From IMG/VR virus record IMGVR_UViG_3300042473_000519: a DNA stretch of 64,000 bases. The stretch is one strand, 5' to 3'. Positions 39,348-49,264 of this stretch are shown in pieces (positions within the stretch are counted from its first letter, which is position 1; each line of letters starts with the position of its first letter). Position numbers and translations under genes: made by a program. Source of the stretch: an uncultured virus (IMG/VR IMGVR_UViG_3300042473_000519). Lineage: Duplodnaviria; Heunggongvirae; Uroviricota; Caudoviricetes. The notes under the pieces were generated by a model that saw nothing but the letters and a program-made list of their open reading frames with translations, did not search any database and was not told the DNA's origin.

Positions 39348-39983
39348 ATGTCAATTGCATCATTATCAAGATTTACAGTACCGTTAGCAAGCAATCAAAG
39401 CTCTGCTACACAGGGTCTACTAATGCCAAAAATGAAATACAGATTCCGTGTTTCATTTGAAAACTTTGGTGTATCAGGTAGTACTGTTGAATTAACAAAA
39501 CAAGTCGCTGATGCGGCACGCCCAAGCGTTAAGTTTGAAGACAAGACCATCGAAGTTTACAACAGCAAGATTCATTATGCTGGTAAGCCAACTTTTACAC
39601 CTGTTGCGATCAAACTACGTGATGATATCACCAACGCAGTTACCAAACTTGTTGGCGAACAGAATCAAAAACAGTTTGACTTCTTTGAGCAGGCAAGTGC
39701 TACATCTGCAGGCGATTACAAGTTTATCACACGTATCGAAATGCTTGACGGCGGCAATGGTGCTGAAGCAATCACAGTACTCGAAACTTGGGAATTGTAT
39801 GGTTGCTACTTAGAATCAACCAACTACCAAGCACTTAGCTACACAGGCAGTGCAGATATCATGTTAATCGACTTGTCAATTCAATATGATAACGCACAAC
39901 AAATTGGCGCTGGCGCAGGATTTGGCACTTCTGGATTCCAACAAAAGCGTGGTACTGCTGTTACTGGCGGCGGACTTTACTAA
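39348..39983 (+). CDS. gp19: Tail tube protein (gp19-like)
   Basis: Follows sheath; YRFRV.F; YAGK; ETWELYGC; I.YD. Confidence 0.85.
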   Translation: MSIASLSRFTVPLASNQSSATQGLLMPKMKYRFRVSFENFGVSGSTVELTKQVADAARPSVKFEDKTIEVYNSKIHYAGKPTFTPVAIKLRDDITNAVTKLVGEQNQKQFDFFEQASATSAGDYKFITRIEMLDGGNGAEAITVLETWELYGCYLESTNYQALSYTGSADIMLIDLSIQYDNAQQIGAGAGFGTSGFQQKRGTAVTGGGLY

Positions 39984-39989
39984 GATATA

Positions 39990-40015
39990 TAAAAACCCAC
40001 TTCGGTGGGTTTTTA
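39990..40015 (+). terminator. Intrinsic terminator with C(UUCG)G loop
   Basis: TAAAAACCCAC-TTCG-GTGGGTTTTTA. Confidence 0.9.
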
Positions 40016-40063
40016 AACGACTGATCATTAACTACGTAGTTTATATTTTAAATAAATACTGTT

Positions 40064-41065
40064 ATGGCATTCACTCCAACTAAATTTTTGACAGCAAATT
40101 CGCATGTATTATTGCGTGATTTTCAACACGCAAGTAGAACATTTGTATCGGATCAGTTCAGACTTGCACCCAAGTTTGATTTTCAATTTCACGTGGCATT
40201 TAATATCAATCCGGCGGCATTGAAAACAATAGACCTGTCCCAACGTCATAGAAATGAGATTAGTGTGTTGGTTAAAAAGATCAACTTGCCCAAGTTTACA
40301 ATAAGCACTGACCAAGTTAATCAGTACAATAGAAAAAAAATAATACAATTTCAACACAAATTTGAAGATGCCAGAATTACATTTCACGATGACAACATGA
40401 GCCTGATTAATCAGTTGTGGCAAAACTACTACAGTTATTATTATGCTGATTCATTAAGTGCCAAAGCATCAGGTTCTTACAACAGAAACGCCACTAGAAA
40501 CAGTGATTTTATTAAAACTGCATACGGGTTAGATAACGGTAGTACTGCACCGTTTTTTAATTATATTAAAATATATCAGATGGCCAGACACGAGTATGTT
40601 AGTTATAAATTACATAATCCTATTATTAAAGAATTCGACCATAAAGAAGTAGGATATGCATCCAAAGATTTACATGAATTTTCTATGGCTTTGGGATACG
40701 AAGCAGTCAGTTATGAAATGGGAACTGTGAGTTCGGAGAACGTTGAAGGATGGGGCTTAGAACATTATGACTTAACTCCAAGCCCGTTGCAAGGATTGCC
40801 ACAAGTTGACAATGCAAGCCCAAGTTTTGTATCTCAACAAAATGTTACTAACAATGCAGTAGAGTCATTAAATAATACTGTGACTAGTATTAATTCATAT
40901 CAAAATACACAAACTAGGCCTGCATCCGGTGTATCTGGGCTGTTGTCAACAAACACTATACAAACTGTTGGCGGAATTCAAAATACTACATTTCCGCAAT
41001 CGCTTAACGTAGCGAACAGCAACACCACAGTTGCTAAAAAAATTAATTTAGGTATAGAACCATAA
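40064..41065 (+). CDS. Second tube-fold protein (tube initiator/baseplate-tube junction-like)
   Basis: VKKINLPKF......NQYNRK...ITFHDDN...W..Y; late box 40052-40058. Confidence 0.6.
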   Translation: MAFTPTKFLTANSHVLLRDFQHASRTFVSDQFRLAPKFDFQFHVAFNINPAALKTIDLSQRHRNEISVLVKKINLPKFTISTDQVNQYNRKKIIQFQHKFEDARITFHDDNMSLINQLWQNYYSYYYADSLSAKASGSYNRNATRNSDFIKTAYGLDNGSTAPFFNYIKIYQMARHEYVSYKLHNPIIKEFDHKEVGYASKDLHEFSMALGYEAVSYEMGTVSSENVEGWGLEHYDLTPSPLQGLPQVDNASPSFVSQQNVTNNAVESLNNTVTSINSYQNTQTRPASGVSGLLSTNTIQTVGGIQNTTFPQSLNVANSNTTVAKKINLGIEP

Positions 41066-41430
41066 TGGCCAGTAATTTACCAACCGTTAATACAAATTCA
41101 ACACTTGATACTAAACAGTTCTTTGATAAGTTTTTTGTTAATGCAGTTAGTTTTCCAGCCAACGAAATAGATGCAAGCGTTGGATTTTTCTTAAAACGAG
41201 GATTTGACACAGAAGGTGCAAGAAGCATTGCAATTGTGTTACTTAATCAAGCAAGACTAGATAACGTAAATTCTTTTGAACTGTTAGATACATTGACGTC
41301 ATTAACTGATGTAAAATTAAGTCAGATTATAGCACAGATACTAAACTCTTACAGAGAAAAAATTAGCTTGCTTGGATATCGAATTGCACCACTTGCAGAT
41401 AGCTACGAAAGCCGCAATATCTTAGTGTAA
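41065..41430 (+). CDS. Hypothetical structural protein
   Basis: Coupled ORF in the structural operon. Confidence 0.6.
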   Translation: MASNLPTVNTNSTLDTKQFFDKFFVNAVSFPANEIDASVGFFLKRGFDTEGARSIAIVLLNQARLDNVNSFELLDTLTSLTDVKLSQIIAQILNSYREKISLLGYRIAPLADSYESRNILV

Positions 41431-41431
41431 T

Positions 41432-41869
41432 ATGGCCAGTAAATTTGCCCGCGGTAAGTTTACCATGACACAACCTGAAAAGTATGTGGGCACTAAGATT
41501 CCTACATATCGTAGCAGTTGGGAATGGAGTTTTATGCGATTTTGCGACACCAATAAAAGTGTTCAAAAATGGGCCAGCGAAGCTATCAACATACCTTACC
41601 GAGATCCACTGACTGGTCGCAACACAATATATGTTCCTGATTTTTTCATCCAATATGTGGATAAAAATAACAAAATCATAGTGGAATTAATTGAAGTTAA
41701 ACCCGCAAGTCAGACTATATTAGAACGTGTCGGCAAGAACAAATATAATCAAGCACAGTACGTTAAGAATCAAGCCAAGTGGGCCGCTGCCAGTGTATGG
41801 TGCAGGCAACAGGGCATAAAGTTCCGCATCCTTAACGAAAACGATTTGTTCCACCAAGGAAACGCATAA
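41432..41869 (+). CDS. gp4: Head completion nuclease (gp4-like, TnsA-like fold)
   Basis: PEKYVG...YRSSWE..FM.FCD...WASE..IPY...YVPDF...IEVKP...N.AKW.AA. Confidence 0.9.
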   Translation: MASKFARGKFTMTQPEKYVGTKIPTYRSSWEWSFMRFCDTNKSVQKWASEAINIPYRDPLTGRNTIYVPDFFIQYVDKNNKIIVELIEVKPASQTILERVGKNKYNQAQYVKNQAKWAAASVWCRQQGIKFRILNENDLFHQGNA

Positions 41870-41877
41870 GTATTATT

Positions 41878-42354
41878 ATGAAGAAACTTGAAGAAATTTT
41901 AAACCTACCTGAAAGCAAGAAAGTTGTCAAGGACGAAGAAAAAGCTGCTGCCAAGGCAGAAATGGCTCAGCCGTTCCTCCGTGACATGTCAGAGTTTGAC
42001 AAGATTTCGGCTGCATTACCTGCTGTAAAAGGCCTTGCTGAAAGCGATGCAGAATTTGACGCACTTGCAACCCGTGCTACAGACGCATTTGACGATCTCA
42101 TGGATTTGGGTATGAATGTGGAAGCACGTTATAGTGGACGTATTTTTGAAGTTGCTGGCGGAATGTTAAAAAATGCTATTGATGCCAAAGCTGCCAAAAT
42201 AGATAAGAAATTAAAGATGATTGATCTTCAGCTTAAGAAACAGAAATTAGATAACGATTCAATTCAAGAAGATTCTGGCATTAGTATACAAGGCGATGGT
42301 GTTATTATCACTGATCGCAATAGTTTATTAGAAAAACTACGCAATATGAAATAA
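41878..42354 (+). CDS. Probable terminase small subunit
   Basis: Helical; R.FEVAG.ML.NA; C-terminal I.DRN.LL..L as in T4-like gp16; upstream of the large subunit. Confidence 0.6.
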   Translation: MKKLEEILNLPESKKVVKDEEKAAAKAEMAQPFLRDMSEFDKISAALPAVKGLAESDAEFDALATRATDAFDDLMDLGMNVEARYSGRIFEVAGGMLKNAIDAKAAKIDKKLKMIDLQLKKQKLDNDSIQEDSGISIQGDGVIITDRNSLLEKLRNMK

Positions 42355-42375
42355 ATACACTATCAGGAATCTAAC

Positions 42376-42984
42376 ATGAAATCATTCAAAGAATACTTAG
42401 TAGAGAATAAACAAGTCTACGAATTTAAAGTTAAAATTGCAGGAGACTGTCCTAAAGACTGTTCTATGCTGATTAAACGGGCCTTATCCAAGTTCCAAGT
42501 TGAAAGTTGTAGCAGTGGAAAAAGCACTCCTATTCAAGAAACTCAAACAGATTTTCCAGGATTAGCAAATGTAGGTATCACTATGTTTGACGTATGCACA
42601 AGCTATCCTGCCACCAGTTTAGAAGTACAAAACTTAGTTGCAGAACATTGTGGTGTTCCAGCAGGTTGCATTAAAGTACGTAATTTAAAAGAACAAGAAG
42701 AAGAAGAACTTAATCATGCCAATGACGAACTAAGTGGAGAAGCATTGATTGAAAAAGAATACGACAAAAGTACTGGCCAGGATAAAGTTGGTGAGAAGCA
42801 TGTTATGAGTTTGTTAAAAGAGTTAAACAAAAACAAAGCTGAGCTTACACAGTACAAAGGTGTTAACGAAAAATTGTTGGCAAAAAAAGCTCCAAGCGAA
42901 AAATCTACAAAATCAGAAAAGCTATCATCGACTACCGGGGTCTTTGGTAAAGTAACAAATCCAGACCCGAGGAAAGGAAAATAA
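42376..42984 (+). CDS. Probable head-associated/internal protein
   Basis: N-terminus MKSFKEYLVE resembles the T4 capsid-targeting sequence; late box 42351-42357. Confidence 0.5.
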   Translation: MKSFKEYLVENKQVYEFKVKIAGDCPKDCSMLIKRALSKFQVESCSSGKSTPIQETQTDFPGLANVGITMFDVCTSYPATSLEVQNLVAEHCGVPAGCIKVRNLKEQEEEELNHANDELSGEALIEKEYDKSTGQDKVGEKHVMSLLKELNKNKAELTQYKGVNEKLLAKKAPSEKSTKSEKLSSTTGVFGKVTNPDPRKGK

Positions 42985-42985
42985 T

Positions 42986-43747
42986 ATGAACTTCTCAGAC
43001 ATTTATAAAAAGATTAAAGCTATCGACGAACGTGACATTCACTCGGACGGCGGTGACGGCGGCGATACGGTAATGCCAATACCACAGCCGGCAGCTGATG
43101 TAGAAGAATGTGGCGACATGATGGCACTTCCTACAAGCATGGGCCACGGCCATCCTGCTCAAAGCAACTCAGTTACCATGAATGTTAGCATGAATGGTTC
43201 AGGTGATGGCGGCATCCGTGATTTGATGAATATTCTAAAAGGTATTGAAAATGTTGGCGAGCCACATGCAGACCATGATGCAATTGATGTAGTGTTTGGC
43301 GGAGAGATGGAACCAGAGATGGAAGCATTTGCAAACTCCATGGCAGGTGCCAGCGGTAAGAAAATTTTTCCACCATCCGCAGTCACTGACCTTGGATCAA
43401 ACTCAGGACGCGGTGATCACGAAGTACCCAAAGCCCATGGCGGCGGCAATCCTTACACTCAAGTAAGCGAAGAACTTGTTAGTCAGTTGTCAAGTTTATA
43501 TCAAGAAATTAAAGAAGCCGGCGAAGAAGAAATGGATGCTATCCGCAAAAAGTACAACAAATATGACGAAGCATATAACCCAAATTCAGTAGATGCTGAA
43601 CATCGTCGCGACCTAGAAAAATCACAAGAAGACAGCTTGAAGAAAAAAGCAGCTGACGGAGATGAGTCAGCTAAGAAACGTTTACAAGCATTAAAAGATA
43701 AAAAAGAACGTATGCGTAACGATTACAACGATCGTATGGAAAGATAA
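42986..43747 (+). CDS. Acidic low-complexity protein, probable prohead core/internal protein
   Basis: Acidic, Gly-rich; N-terminal IKAIDE. Confidence 0.5.
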   Translation: MNFSDIYKKIKAIDERDIHSDGGDGGDTVMPIPQPAADVEECGDMMALPTSMGHGHPAQSNSVTMNVSMNGSGDGGIRDLMNILKGIENVGEPHADHDAIDVVFGGEMEPEMEAFANSMAGASGKKIFPPSAVTDLGSNSGRGDHEVPKAHGGGNPYTQVSEELVSQLSSLYQEIKEAGEEEMDAIRKKYNKYDEAYNPNSVDAEHRRDLEKSQEDSLKKKAADGDESAKKRLQALKDKKERMRNDYNDRMER

Positions 43748-43765
43748 ACATTTGTTCAAGATACC

Positions 43766-43793
43766 AAAAAAGCACCTTCGCGGTGCTTTTTTT
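43766..43793 (+). terminator. Intrinsic terminator
   Basis: AAAAAAGCACC-TTCGC-GGTGCTTTTTTT. Confidence 0.88.
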
Positions 43794-43807
43794 ATGTAAA
43801 TAAAGTT

Positions 43808-45403
43808 ATGTCAAAAAGTTTAGATGGTGTAATCACCAAGAAAGCCCACACAAAAGAAAAGTTCACAGAAGCTGATATCAAAGAGCTGTTGGATTGTTCC
43901 GATCCGGTAAATGGCTATTTGCATTTCAGTAAAAAGTTTTTCTATATACAACATCCTGTCAAAGGCAAGTTGTTGTTTGAACCATTTGAATACCAAGAAC
44001 GACTATTACAAAGTTATCACGATTATCGTTTTAACATAAACATGCTGCCACGCCAAAGCGGCAAGACAACATGTGCAAGTGCATACTTGTTATGGTTTGC
44101 TATGTTCCACCCGGATCAAACTATTCTAGTTGCCGCACACAAATACACCGGCTCACAGGAAATTATGCAACGTATCCGTTACGGATACGAACTATGCCCT
44201 GACCATATTCGTGCAGGTGTAGTAAACTATAACAAGGGCTCTATTGAGTTTGAAAATGGATCAAGAATTGTTTCAGCAACTACTACCGGTAATACTGGTC
44301 GCGGTATGTCAATATCCTTATTGTATTGCGATGAGTTTGCATTTGTGCAACCTAACATCGCCACAGAGTTTTGGACTTCAATTTCCCCGACACTAGCAAC
44401 TGGTGGCCGTGCAATTATTACTAGTACACCCAACAGTGACGAAGATGAATTTGCACTAATTTGGAAAGAAAGCAAAAACACATTTGACGAGTTCGGCAAC
44501 GAAAAACCAGACGGCCTTGGCATCAACGGCTTTCATGGATTCCGTGCTGAATGGAATGAACATCCGGATCGTGATGATGCATGGAAGCAAGTTGAGATGG
44601 GTCGTATTGGAGAAGAACGGTTTCGTCGTGAATACGGATGTGAATTTCTAGTGTATGACGAAACGCTTATCAACAGTATTAAACTTAGCGAACTCACTGG
44701 CAAAGAGCCTATTACTAAGATGGGGCAAGTACGATGGTTTAAAAAGCCAACGCCCGGAAACTTGTATGTTGTTGCACTGGATCCCAGTTTAGGAACAGGC
44801 GGAGATTTTGCAGCCATACAAATATTCGAATTGCCCAGTATGACGCAATGTGGTGAATGGCAACACAATCTAACAATTATTCAAGATCAAATTAGAATAT
44901 TTAGAGACATAGTGAGATATATTCAAGACGAAATTGGCCAAGAATACACCAACAGCATTTACTGGTCATGCGAAAATAACACAGTAGGTGAAGCCGCATT
45001 GGTTGTTATCAAGGATCTTGGAGAGGAAACATTCCCAGGATTATTTGTCAGCGAGCCAGTTAAGAAAGGGCATATACGTAAATTCCGTAAAGGATTCAAC
45101 ACCACATTTGGCAGTAAAATATCAGCGTGTGCCCGCTTGAAATACCTAATTGAAGAAAATAAAATGAAGCTAAACAGCAGACCCTTGATCACAGAACTCA
45201 AGGCATTTATTGCGGCTGGCACAAGTTTCAAAGCTAAAACTGGGCAACATGATGACTTGGTAAGTGCATTATTACTTGTAATACGTATGAGTGTTATTTT
45301 AGCAGAATGGGATCCTTTGGTATTTGAAACAATGAGTGTTAACAGCGATTTCGCCGAAGATTGGGACGCACCACTACCCATATTCATTTCCTCTAACGTT
45401 TGA
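43808..45403 (+). CDS. gp17: Terminase large subunit (gp17-like)
   Basis: PRQSGKT Walker A; LLYCDEFAF Walker B; TSTPN; LDPSLG.G.D and HDDLV nuclease motifs. Confidence 0.96.
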   Translation: MSKSLDGVITKKAHTKEKFTEADIKELLDCSDPVNGYLHFSKKFFYIQHPVKGKLLFEPFEYQERLLQSYHDYRFNINMLPRQSGKTTCASAYLLWFAMFHPDQTILVAAHKYTGSQEIMQRIRYGYELCPDHIRAGVVNYNKGSIEFENGSRIVSATTTGNTGRGMSISLLYCDEFAFVQPNIATEFWTSISPTLATGGRAIITSTPNSDEDEFALIWKESKNTFDEFGNEKPDGLGINGFHGFRAEWNEHPDRDDAWKQVEMGRIGEERFRREYGCEFLVYDETLINSIKLSELTGKEPITKMGQVRWFKKPTPGNLYVVALDPSLGTGGDFAAIQIFELPSMTQCGEWQHNLTIIQDQIRIFRDIVRYIQDEIGQEYTNSIYWSCENNTVGEAALVVIKDLGEETFPGLFVSEPVKKGHIRKFRKGFNTTFGSKISACARLKYLIEENKMKLNSRPLITELKAFIAAGTSFKAKTGQHDDLVSALLLVIRMSVILAEWDPLVFETMSVNSDFAEDWDAPLPIFISSNV

Positions 45404-45413
45404 TAAATATCAT

Positions 45414-48161
45414 ATGGACGCTAATTTAGACACAATTGCCAAAGACCTTTACGGAAAAATACAGACACGCTTTCCTGATATTCGTATCGGTGACGAAGAA
45501 GCTAACGTATTGAGTAAAAAACAAGATATACCCAAAGCTCGATTTTTTGAGTTTGAATATAAAGAAGATGGTGACGAAATTGGCACGATTTCCATCACAC
45601 TAGACACCGATGAGGGCGTAGTGTTAGAAGTCAGTGGCGATATTGTTTCAAAGAAACACCCTGGTGCATTTAAATTTATTCGCAGTTTTAGGCAATTTGC
45701 CAAAGATAGGCTATTGAATTATGATGTTAAAAGAATGGGCAAAAGTAATTTAGATAAAAGAGACTATGCGTTTCGCTCCAAAGTTAAGGATGATATGATT
45801 ATGGAAAACAAGTTGTTTGGTACTTCGAAGATGAGCTACCAGGATCTCGGAGAAGCACGATTAATTATTAAACACAGTCAACAAATTAATCCTGAACTCG
45901 CCGCAGGCCGCACAATGCACATTGAAAATATTTACATTGAAAATGCAATGGGAGAACGCTTTCGTTATCCCGTAAAGCATTTAAATGGTGCCCGTGCATT
46001 AGCAGAGCACATTAAAGCTGGTGGTCATCCGTATGACGGAATTGGTCAACACATTACCAGCCTAAGCGAAGAATTAGCAAGTCTGCGTAAGTTTAAGAAC
46101 TACGTTGGACGTCAAGAACAACTGAGTGAAGCAATGGGCGACATTACCAGCAAGGTAATGGAACGCATTGACAGTATAAAGAAAGAAATTCATTCTTTAC
46201 AACGTCCTACTTACTATCAACAATTTGCAGAGTCGTTTGTTGAACATGAAGAACAAATGATTCCAGAAGCAGTTATGGATGACTGGATTGATCGTTTGAC
46301 TATCCGCACATTCAACGAAGAATTAAAAGGCGTATTTCCATATATCTTTAAACTAGTCGACGAAAGCGAATTGCCAATCCGTGAATTAACTGCTGACGAT
46401 TTGTTGGACGAAGAAACTTTACCTTGGGAAACTGACGACGAAGCCAAGTCACGTGAAGGCGGCAAGAAAGAAAAGTCGCCGTTTAAGAAACCAAACAATC
46501 CTAACCGTACTGGAAGAGATGCTGCCAAGGCATTGGCACAAAAAGGCATTCCTAAGAAGGAAGGCTTTGATCCTGAACAAGCATTTGAAAATTTCATGAA
46601 TGGTATCCTTCCTGAAGACGGCGCTGCCGCACTTAGAGGAATTTTTGATCCGCAACAACGTCCTGGTGCAGTTGCTGAATTAAATAATATTTTTAAGACT
46701 GAACTCAAAGGTGGCCCAGATGGAATGAATCTTAACAAAGTTAAAGAATTAATTCCTGATCCAGAGTTTGCTTCTATGTTAGATCAGTTAAGTGGTACCA
46801 ACAATTTAGATATGCGTTCAGGTATAGAAGTAATTTTAAATCAAATGTCTGAACACAATAAAGACCTTGCAGATTTAATTCAATCAGGACAATTACAATT
46901 TAGTAGTCCAGAAGGCAGTGACATGCCAGTTGGCGGACAAGATATGCCAGCACCAGAAGCACCTCCTGCAGAACCAGCTGTACCTACAGAACCTACTGCA
47001 CCAGCCGCTCCAGCAGCACCGCCGGTAGCAGAAAGCATGGGCATGAGCAAGTTAAAAGCCAAGCTGATCAAAGCAGTTGAATGCGGTGCTGGCCCCGACA
47101 CACAATTAGATTTTGGTTCTAGAAAAATGAGCCTAATGAGTGCGTTACAAGAATGTGGTATCGATCCAACAAGCATTGGCATGAAGTCGCGTAGTGGCGG
47201 TGATGGCGTACAAGAAATTTTAAAAAGCATTTCTGGTTTTTGGAATAGAGATGCCACAATTACAGAAGGTAACTTTACCAAAGGTGGTACTTGGACCAAA
47301 CAGCATGTTGTTTCTAACTTTAAAAACGGCGAATACAAACATGCTACTAAGGAAGATGTTGGTCGAGTATTGGCCATGATTGAAAAGATGGATCCCAGCA
47401 GTGATGCAGGCGGATTAAATCGCATGAAACAAATGGCTGGAATTCCTCAACCTCACGGTACAAACGAAGGGCCTGAAGATGGGGATTTTGACATGCCTGA
47501 CGAAACAGATTCAGAAGATGATAATTTTGACATGCCTGGTGTTACAACTCCAACTGCACCGCAAGCAGGCCAAACAGCAAGCAATAATCAAACTGGCACA
47601 ATAGATGGTAAACCAGCTAACTATGCAGATGCAATGGCCAAGTTTAGAAACATGGTTACCGGCATGGGATTTGATGGATCTAGTCCAGAAGCTATGCAAA
47701 AAAGTATTCAAGGCAAACTTGGCAGCATGATGAAAGGTATGAATATGCCTGGAATGGGTGCCGACGGCCAACTGGATCCACAAGCCATGATGAAGAGTAT
47801 TATGAGCAAGATGCCTAAACAAGGCATGAACATGCCAGGTGCACCATCCAACAAAGCGTTACCAGGTGCACCCGGTAACTTGGACGACCTTGAAATGGGC
47901 ATATACAGGCCTGGAGTGACAAGGTCAATCACCACACCTGAGCCGCCAGAAGAAGACCTCCACACAATTGGCAGTATTGCACCAACAAACACGATGGATT
48001 TCAAACCAGGTAATCAATCTAATTTACTACAAGTTGACAATCCTGAGTATGTGGCAAGACGTGCAGCCGCACTTAAAAAACCCGGAGCAGTTGTGGGACA
48101 AACCACTATGGAATCAAACAACGAATTAGCATCATGGCTAAAGATTGCAGGAATTAAATAA
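45414..48161 (+). CDS. Large acidic protein, probably head-associated; globular N-terminus and low-complexity Pro/Met/Gly-rich C-terminus
   Basis: Start taken at ATG 45414, 4 nt after GATAAATA; L..(M/L)K.(M/I)AGI-type motifs. Confidence 0.6.
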   Translation: MDANLDTIAKDLYGKIQTRFPDIRIGDEEANVLSKKQDIPKARFFEFEYKEDGDEIGTISITLDTDEGVVLEVSGDIVSKKHPGAFKFIRSFRQFAKDRLLNYDVKRMGKSNLDKRDYAFRSKVKDDMIMENKLFGTSKMSYQDLGEARLIIKHSQQINPELAAGRTMHIENIYIENAMGERFRYPVKHLNGARALAEHIKAGGHPYDGIGQHITSLSEELASLRKFKNYVGRQEQLSEAMGDITSKVMERIDSIKKEIHSLQRPTYYQQFAESFVEHEEQMIPEAVMDDWIDRLTIRTFNEELKGVFPYIFKLVDESELPIRELTADDLLDEETLPWETDDEAKSREGGKKEKSPFKKPNNPNRTGRDAAKALAQKGIPKKEGFDPEQAFENFMNGILPEDGAAALRGIFDPQQRPGAVAELNNIFKTELKGGPDGMNLNKVKELIPDPEFASMLDQLSGTNNLDMRSGIEVILNQMSEHNKDLADLIQSGQLQFSSPEGSDMPVGGQDMPAPEAPPAEPAVPTEPTAPAAPAAPPVAESMGMSKLKAKLIKAVECGAGPDTQLDFGSRKMSLMSALQECGIDPTSIGMKSRSGGDGVQEILKSISGFWNRDATITEGNFTKGGTWTKQHVVSNFKNGEYKHATKEDVGRVLAMIEKMDPSSDAGGLNRMKQMAGIPQPHGTNEGPEDGDFDMPDETDSEDDNFDMPGVTTPTAPQAGQTASNNQTGTIDGKPANYADAMAKFRNMVTGMGFDGSSPEAMQKSIQGKLGSMMKGMNMPGMGADGQLDPQAMMKSIMSKMPKQGMNMPGAPSNKALPGAPGNLDDLEMGIYRPGVTRSITTPEPPEEDLHTIGSIAPTNTMDFKPGNQSNLLQVDNPEYVARRAAALKKPGAVVGQTTMESNNELASWLKIAGIK

Positions 48162-48162
48162 T

Positions 48163-49101
48163 ATGAAAAAAATTACAGAAGCAGAATTATCTAAGCGTGT
48201 CAATTCACTAAGGGAAAAATTAATTTTAGAAGCAGGCGAAGTTCGGCCGGTTGGTAGTCATGACGAAACTATTACTCGAGATCCAGGTGTTGATCCTAAC
48301 ATAGCACTTAATAAAATGACGCCAGCATTGCAAGATGTTACAAGATTAGCCACACACAACGGTCAAGTAGTTGCCGTGAATCCAGCCGGGTTAGTTCGCG
48401 GAGTTTATGATGGAAAAGGTGGCTGGAAAGCTGGCCAAGCCATGCCAGCTGAATTGCAAAATATAACAGTGCCAGCAGCACCAGCCGCAGTGACATCACC
48501 AGTTACACCTCCTGCACCAATAGCCAGCACAGATCTGCCACCTGTAGCACCAGAGGCTAATCCAACAGATCAAAGATTAGCTAACAAAACTCAAACAACA
48601 CCTGCGGCAGCACCTGCGGCAGATGCTAGCCCTGCATTTTCACCAGCAGCATCAGACGCAGCCTTCAATCAAGCACTGGCTCGCATGAACGAGCCGCAGG
48701 CAGATTCAGCTGCAAAAGTTTCAACACCTGCCGCAGTACCAGTAGATCCACGTGACGGGCCAACCGGTCAAGCGTTAGCTAGAATGGGAATCAGCAAGCA
48801 AAACAGACTTGATCAAGCATTTGTAGATAGAATGTTAGGTGCTGGAAAATATAAAGCAGGAAGTGCAGAATCCAATTTGGCTTTGTTAAAAACTAAACCA
48901 ACGGATGACAAATATCAACGGTTTGATAAAGCACCAGTAGTGCCGCCAGTACGAAGAGATGCTGGAGGTAAGTATTACACTACAGGCAATCCACCAAGGG
49001 AATTAACTGCTGACGAAATGAAGAGATATGGTTTAAAAGAATCGGTTACATATGCAGACGATCAAACTTTGGCAAGAATAGTTTCATTGGGTCGTAGATA
49101 A
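48163..49101 (+). CDS. Pro/Ala-rich probable internal head protein
   Basis: MKKITE...LRE..ILE N-terminus; LARIVSLGR C-terminus; ATG 48163. Confidence 0.55.
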   Translation: MKKITEAELSKRVNSLREKLILEAGEVRPVGSHDETITRDPGVDPNIALNKMTPALQDVTRLATHNGQVVAVNPAGLVRGVYDGKGGWKAGQAMPAELQNITVPAAPAAVTSPVTPPAPIASTDLPPVAPEANPTDQRLANKTQTTPAAAPAADASPAFSPAASDAAFNQALARMNEPQADSAAKVSTPAAVPVDPRDGPTGQALARMGISKQNRLDQAFVDRMLGAGKYKAGSAESNLALLKTKPTDDKYQRFDKAPVVPPVRRDAGGKYYTTGNPPRELTADEMKRYGLKESVTYADDQTLARIVSLGRR

Positions 49102-49137
49102 TTGGTGAAATTAAACCACATTTAAGCAAGATTTCTC

Positions 49138-49166
49138 TTGCAAAGATAAATAAAAACGTATACAAT
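49138..49166 (+). promoter_or_regulatory. Overlapping sigma70 (TTGCAA-17-TACAAT) and late (GATAAATA 49145-49152) promoters for the SSB gene
   Basis: Motifs lie in the 163-nt intergenic region. Confidence 0.6.
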
Positions 49167-49264
49167 AACATGTATGCGTTTTTTGCTTTAGTAGGTTCTA
49201 AAGCAATACAGGCACATAAAAATAGCAGAAATGCAAAACATAGGCTTACAACAGGAGAAATACT

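Noticed and set aside
40031..40040. Palindrome ACTACGTAGT just upstream of a late box
   Set aside because: Single occurrence; I could not find a matching element at the other late promoters.
45336..45413. Longer starts in the ORF track (45336, also 14300, 15485, 36106, 48145)
   Set aside because: They overlap upstream genes or lack an SD; downstream ATGs have an SD or an adjacent promoter box.
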